From Nitrospirota bacterium (GTDB taxonomy: Bacteria > Nitrospirota > UBA9217), in contig OY760142.1 in the NCBI GenBank assembly GCA_963663225.1, forward strand, positions 224,001 to 288,000: 64,000 bases of DNA. Reading direction: 5' to 3'. Positions 59,075 to 64,000 of the stretch are shown one piece after another (position 1 is the stretch's first letter; every line of letters starts with the position of its first letter). Below the pieces are notes generated by a model, which saw nothing but the letters and a program-made list of their open reading frames with translations, was not told the DNA's origin and did no database searches. Both the position numbers and the translations under genes were made by a program.

Positions 59075-62000
59075 ATGAAGGCAGTACTCGGTTTAAAGCT
59101 GGACCCATGGCATGACACGGGTGCAGCAGTCGTTCTTGACGATGGATCACGATTGCGCGTCGTTGCCATCTCGCAGGAAAGACTGGATCGCATAAAACAT
59201 TCCAGGGCTTTTCCGGCGGAAGCCATCACGTATTGCCTCGAAACCGCCGGCTGCACGTTAAAAGATTTGAGCCTCGTGGTATCGGATTTCATTGTATCTC
59301 CCACCGTTGACGACCGGGCGACCTGGGTCGAACAACCGGCACCCGATGAAAAACAGAACTTCTTCCGTGAGATCAATAATCTCGGCATCCCCGCCGTTTT
59401 TGCGGAACACCACGTATGCCATGCCGCTTCCGCCTATTACGCCACGGATTGGGCCGACGCCGCCGCGCTGGTGATTGATGGACTCGGTTCGCACTATGAA
59501 ACACAGAGTATTTTCAACTGCAGCGGCAATGGCATTACGAAAGTAGCGACATCTCGGAAACCGGGCATCGGTTTGATGTATAACGCCGTTACCGAATTGT
59601 TGCTCGGTTTTGAGCATCTGCAGGAAGGCAAAACCATGGGGCTTGCCGGACACGCGAAAAACGGCGGCAAATGGGCTGAATATTTCCGCGGAAAAACGGA
59701 TGCCTACAACCCATGCCAGATCATCTATGATCAATTTGTGGAAAAAGAGCCTGCGTTGAAACTCACCGCCCCTGCTCATTTACCGAAAAGAAAACCGGCG
59801 GACGACCCTGTCTCCGGTCCATTTCCGCAATATGCGTATGCTGCGCAGTCCTCGCTGGAGTCCAGCGTGCTGCACATGGTCCGCGCCACCGCTCGCATGC
59901 TTCCTGCGAAACGTCTTTGCTATTCGGGCGGTGTCGCTCTCAATATTCCGGCAAACCGGATGATTCTGGACTCCGGTCTGTATGACGACCTCTTTATACA
60001 ACCGGCGGCTTCCGACTCGGGCATTCCGCTCGGGGCTGCGCTTTTGGGATATTACAGCATCCTGGGCGGTGCGAAACGGTGGAGCATGGAGCATGCATTC
60101 CTCGGCCGGAACTACGACTTAAAACAGACAGGAACAGCCTCAACAGCATGGCGGGGTCCCTCCGGCGAATACAGCACGCAGAACGTTGCGCGGCTGCTGG
60201 CCAATGATTATCTTGTCGCATGGGTGCAGGGGCCTTCCGAATACGGCCCGCGGGCGCTGGGGCACCGCAGCATTCTCTGTCTGCCCCGAGACCCGCAGAT
60301 GAAGGCATATCTCAACCGTGAAGTCAAGCATCGGGAAATGTTTCGCCCCTTTGCGCCGATAGTCCCCGTTGAGGAACAGGGAAACTTTTTTGATTTAAGT
60401 GTCCAGTCTCCGTTCATGCTGTTGAATGCAACCGTTCATCCGGATAAAGCAGCACTGATCCCGGCAATTGTGCATGCAGACGGCACTGCGCGGGTTCAGT
60501 CGATCCGCAGGAGCGAACAGCCGGAGCTCCACGCGCTGTTGCAGGAGATAGGTACGGCGACAGGCGTTCCGATACTTCTGAACACGTCGCTGAATCTCGC
60601 TGGCGAACCGATTGTCGAAACCCCCGCCGAAGCAATCGACCTTTTTAAGCGCTCCCGGCTTGATGCTCTCGTGCTGGGTCAACACCTGCTGACCAAGAAA
60701 CCGCTGCAGGAGCTGTTTTCCGCGAAAAACCCGGGGCTTGCCGCCATGCATGCATCGGCCTCAATAACGGCGACAACACCGAATATGGAAACATCAAGAG
60801 AGAATAAAGGACCGCAAGCGCAGCCGCAAAAAGATTCACCCGGCTTCAATATCCTTTTTTATGTAGACCCCCTGCTGGATGATCAAAAAGAGGCTTTTAT
60901 CCGCGGATGCCACTTTCTCAGCACGACTGTCATGAATGCGTTGAAAAACAATCCGCAAGTGCAATGGAACGCCCTTATTTTAGGAAGTGCCCCCGTCCGG
61001 GAGATGTTCGGCGAAGAGTACAGGGAGTGTTTCAGGGAAATCGATGAAAACCTGTTTCTTGATTATTATAAAGGCGCAGGCAGATATGAAGTACTGGCTA
61101 AATCCTTCCGGGGCGAGCACAAAAAAGAAGCCCTTGCTCATTTCGCCGGTCAACTCAAAACAATAATCGGCGATTTCAAACCCGATGTCATATTTTCTTC
61201 CGTCCCCGTCCCTTTTCTGAAGGTATTGTTTCCAAGTGCGTTGACAATATATGCGGAAGCCGGCCTGATGACAACATTTCCGATTTTTTATTCTCTTTTG
61301 TTCGACCCGGCCGGTTTATTGAGTAGTTCGTTCATTGAACAGTTTGCACCGTCGATCCTGGGATCGTCAATTTCCGATGCGCAGCGGACCACCTTGCAAC
61401 ATTTGAGACAAAAATTACGTGAGGTGCTGTCCCTGGACAATCCCTTTCAGGAAGAGCTTGCGGAGCTGAAGAAAAAATACAGAAAGCTCGTTCTCCTGTC
61501 GCTTCCGTTCATCATTGACCTGCACAACGATCCCGGAATCGAATCTCACACCGTTGAAGAGCTGCTGTTCTCAATTCTGGAGAAGATAGACAAGGATACG
61601 GGGGTGCTTATCAGCACGCATCCTCACGAAAAAATGATGAGTGCTGAGCTGGTCGACAAGGTTCAGGAAGCGTTTCCCAATGCAACGTATCTTGCAAAAA
61701 AGCATCACTATTTTACCTCAATCCATATTATTCCATCCGTCGATGCCGTCATCAATGTGTCCTCTAAAACCGCGCTGTGGTCGCTCCTGCTCGACAAGAA
61801 ACTGCTCAGTATCGGCAAGACGTTTTCCGCAGTATCCGACTGGGAGAGTATCGAGGATTTCAACGCGGACAGGAACGAACGATCCATCGACAAGGACCCT
61901 CTTCTGCTTTATCTGCTGACGCATTACTATGTTCCGGAAAAATATTACACCGACGGCGCCTGGATGACCGCGTTCATCCAAAAGTCGATTTGCAGAAACG

Positions 62001-64000
62001 TATCCGGAAACATCGGTCCTGACTTCTATGACGACATTGACGGCGACATGGCGATCCTTGAGGACCTTATCCGTCGCACCGAGGGGTACTTAGAAGACAG
62101 GAAAAAAACCGCCCTGGAGTTCACCGGCGAACGCTTCGTCCCGGAGCTGAGCGGCCAGATTGCCTACGAACATTTTCATCGGTATGCCTTCGCGTCGGAA
62201 TTTGCAAAGAACAAGCGCGTGCTCGACATCGCGTCCGGCGAAGGATACGGCTCCGCGCTGCTCGCGGCCGCTGCACGGGAGGTCGTGGGTGTCGACATAT
62301 CCAACCAGGCCGTCAACCACGCCCGGGAAAAATACAAGGGCGTCGGAAATCTTTCGTTCATCCAGGGTGAATGCAAAAAAGTCCCCTGCCCGGACGGATC
62401 ATTCGATGTCGTTGTTTCATTCGAGACACTGGAACATACGCGGGACCAGGCGGAATTTCTCTCCGAAATAAAGCGGGTACTCGTCAAGGACGGGATTCTC
62501 GTCATCTCGACTCCGAACAAAAAGATATACTCCGATGACAGAAATTACGATAACCCGTATCATGTGCTCGAACTGGACAAAGACGATTTTAATGTTTTGC
62601 TGAATTCCCATTTCACACGGACCAGCCTCTGGGGACAGCGCGTGGCTTTTTCATCGCATCTGTGGCCGATGGATTCTTCGAAGACGTTACCGTTCAGGCA
62701 TTACCGTCGGCCTGGCGAGGGGAAATATTCTTCCGGAAACGAGCCTCCGTTCGATCCGGAGTATTATATTGCCGTCTGTTCGGACAGCACGGCGGTGCCA
62801 GACAATTACATCTCTCTGTACACTGGCGAAAAGAACGAGCTGTTCGCGGAATATGCAAATCGCGAAACGTGGGCAAGGGCGCTGGAAAAAGAGGTCGCGG
62901 CGAAGAATGACATAATTAGTAATCTGCGGCAGCAAATCAACCAGTTTCAAAAAGACGGGGATGGGACCCAAATTGAAGAAGAAAAAACCGCTCCTGAAAG
63001 CACAGAGACCGGAGCTGCTGCAGTAAATGATGATTCGGAGTCGGAGTATGTCTTCGCGCAAACGCTGGTTCAGAACGGCCGCATTGATGAAGCCCTCGCG
63101 GCACTTAATCATATCGTGCAAAATCATCCGGACCATGCAGACGCTCATGCCGCACTCGGCGCCCTCTATGCCCGGAGACAGGACAAGGTGCGCGCTCTCA
63201 TGCACTATGAACGCGCCGTAACGCTCGCTCCGCAAAATACGGGAGCGCTCAGGGCGCTCGCGGACCTTTATTACGTCGATATGGGACGGACCGAAGATGC
63301 CCAGATTCTGTACTGCAGATGCATCGCACAGCAACCGGATGACTGTGAAATACTCCAGATTCTCGCCAATATTTGTGTTTCCCAGAAACAATTCAACGCC
63401 GCACGGACGGTATTTGCGGCCATGCAGCGGCTTGCACCGGAAAACAACGATGCGAAAAACGCAATAGCCGCCATAGACAGGTATCAGAGCAGCGTTGTCG
63501 CCACGTCATCGCCTGAGTTCCTGCACAAGGAATCCGGCATTCTCGCACAAGCGGGTCTTTACCGCGAAGCAATCAGCCTGCTGGAACGTCTGATCGGGAT
63601 GCATCCGGAATTTGTTCTGGCATACAACGATCTCGGGGTTCTGTACGGCAACAGCGGCGACTTTCCGAAAGCCCAGCAGCACTATCAAGAGGCCTTGAAA
63701 CTCGAACCGGAAAATATCATGATCCAGAAAAACCTTGCGGACCTGTTGCTTGTGGGGTTCGGCAATGCCGAAGAGGCGGTAAAGCTGTACTCGGCGATAT
63801 TGCAGCATGTTCCGGACGATCAGGAAGCACTCCTTGCTCTGCGCCAGGCACGCGCCGAACGCGACGATTCAGAGCAGGCGATCACTGACGATTTTTCGGT
63901 CACCTTAGTGCAATGTCCGGCCTGGGGCAGAGAAACGCCGCCGGTCGCGATATCTCTTCTTGCAGGAAATCTCAGAAGCAAAGGCTACAGAGTGCACCTG
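59075..64000 (+). CDS. Giant multidomain glycan-modifying enzyme (partial, >=1642 aa): O-carbamoyltransferase + GT99/KpsS-like + SAM methyltransferase + coiled coil + TPRs + start of B12-binding (radical SAM-type) domain
   Basis: GGAGG RBS and ATG 59075, frame open to the window end. Motifs: HDTGAA, EHHVCHA, GGVALN, GPRALGHRS, FRPFAP, DGTARVQ; FDPAG, THPH, DAVINVSS; FTGERFVP, LDIASGEGYG, FETLEH; AYNDLGVLY; VQCPAWGRETPPVAISLLAGNLRSKGY. Confidence 0.85.
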   Translation, partial: MKAVLGLKLDPWHDTGAAVVLDDGSRLRVVAISQERLDRIKHSRAFPAEAITYCLETAGCTLKDLSLVVSDFIVSPTVDDRATWVEQPAPDEKQNFFREINNLGIPAVFAEHHVCHAASAYYATDWADAAALVIDGLGSHYETQSIFNCSGNGITKVATSRKPGIGLMYNAVTELLLGFEHLQEGKTMGLAGHAKNGGKWAEYFRGKTDAYNPCQIIYDQFVEKEPALKLTAPAHLPKRKPADDPVSGPFPQYAYAAQSSLESSVLHMVRATARMLPAKRLCYSGGVALNIPANRMILDSGLYDDLFIQPAASDSGIPLGAALLGYYSILGGAKRWSMEHAFLGRNYDLKQTGTASTAWRGPSGEYSTQNVARLLANDYLVAWVQGPSEYGPRALGHRSILCLPRDPQMKAYLNREVKHREMFRPFAPIVPVEEQGNFFDLSVQSPFMLLNATVHPDKAALIPAIVHADGTARVQSIRRSEQPELHALLQEIGTATGVPILLNTSLNLAGEPIVETPAEAIDLFKRSRLDALVLGQHLLTKKPLQELFSAKNPGLAAMHASASITATTPNMETSRENKGPQAQPQKDSPGFNILFYVDPLLDDQKEAFIRGCHFLSTTVMNALKNNPQVQWNALILGSAPVREMFGEEYRECFREIDENLFLDYYKGAGRYEVLAKSFRGEHKKEALAHFAGQLKTIIGDFKPDVIFSSVPVPFLKVLFPSALTIYAEAGLMTTFPIFYSLLFDPAGLLSSSFIEQFAPSILGSSISDAQRTTLQHLRQKLREVLSLDNPFQEELAELKKKYRKLVLLSLPFIIDLHNDPGIESHTVEELLFSILEKIDKDTGVLISTHPHEKMMSAELVDKVQEAFPNATYLAKKHHYFTSIHIIPSVDAVINVSSKTALWSLLLDKKLLSIGKTFSAVSDWESIEDFNADRNERSIDKDPLLLYLLTHYYVPEKYYTDGAWMTAFIQKSICRNVSGNIGPDFYDDIDGDMAILEDLIRRTEGYLEDRKKTALEFTGERFVPELSGQIAYEHFHRYAFASEFAKNKRVLDIASGEGYGSALLAAAAREVVGVDISNQAVNHAREKYKGVGNLSFIQGECKKVPCPDGSFDVVVSFETLEHTRDQAEFLSEIKRVLVKDGILVISTPNKKIYSDDRNYDNPYHVLELDKDDFNVLLNSHFTRTSLWGQRVAFSSHLWPMDSSKTLPFRHYRRPGEGKYSSGNEPPFDPEYYIAVCSDSTAVPDNYISLYTGEKNELFAEYANRETWARALEKEVAAKNDIISNLRQQINQFQKDGDGTQIEEEKTAPESTETGAAAVNDDSESEYVFAQTLVQNGRIDEALAALNHIVQNHPDHADAHAALGALYARRQDKVRALMHYERAVTLAPQNTGALRALADLYYVDMGRTEDAQILYCRCIAQQPDDCEILQILANICVSQKQFNAARTVFAAMQRLAPENNDAKNAIAAIDRYQSSVVATSSPEFLHKESGILAQAGLYREAISLLERLIGMHPEFVLAYNDLGVLYGNSGDFPKAQQHYQEALKLEPENIMIQKNLADLLLVGFGNAEEAVKLYSAILQHVPDDQEALLALRQARAERDDSEQAITDDFSVTLVQCPAWGRETPPVAISLLAGNLRSKGYRVHL

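Noticed and set aside
59008-63808. Many short ORFs listed in the track for this region
   Set aside because: Shadow frames of the single long plus-strand CDS starting at 59075

Overview
Bacterial chromosomal window, gene-dense, with no rRNA, tRNA or CRISPR seen. The gene content suggests a motile anaerobe of Nitrospirota/Desulfobacterota type (inference only). From left to right: (1) 1-15.1 kb, a minus-strand exosortase-A/PEP-CTERM-type exopolysaccharide operon under a sigma54 promoter. It holds a NusG-paralog antiterminator and an unusual tailoring module (AsnB, acyl carrier protein, adenylation enzyme, HemK/PrmC paralog, PP-loop amidotransferase, acetyltransferase), with glmS divergent. (2) 17.6-28.8 kb, a three-subunit StnABC/Bfu-type electron-bifurcating transhydrogenase, a sigma54-driven malic enzyme and a two-component system. 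(3) 29.3-32 kb, an integrase-less integron cassette array (attI-like site plus 4 attC sites) carrying a nucleotide-cyclase-fold protein, an HNH nuclease, an ORF-less cassette and a YjhP-like methyltransferase. (4) 32-44.6 kb, mixed housekeeping and accessory genes, including a membrane protein resembling a family typical of large phages. (5) 44.7-58.6 kb, flagellar rod/hook genes with clear sigma54 and sigma28 promoters. (6) From 59,075 to beyond the window end, a giant ORF (at least 1,642 codons, missing from the supplied ORF track) fusing carbamoyltransferase, GT99/KpsS-like, methyltransferase, TPR and B12-radical-SAM-type domains. All functional calls come from motif recognition by eye, and no database searches were run.
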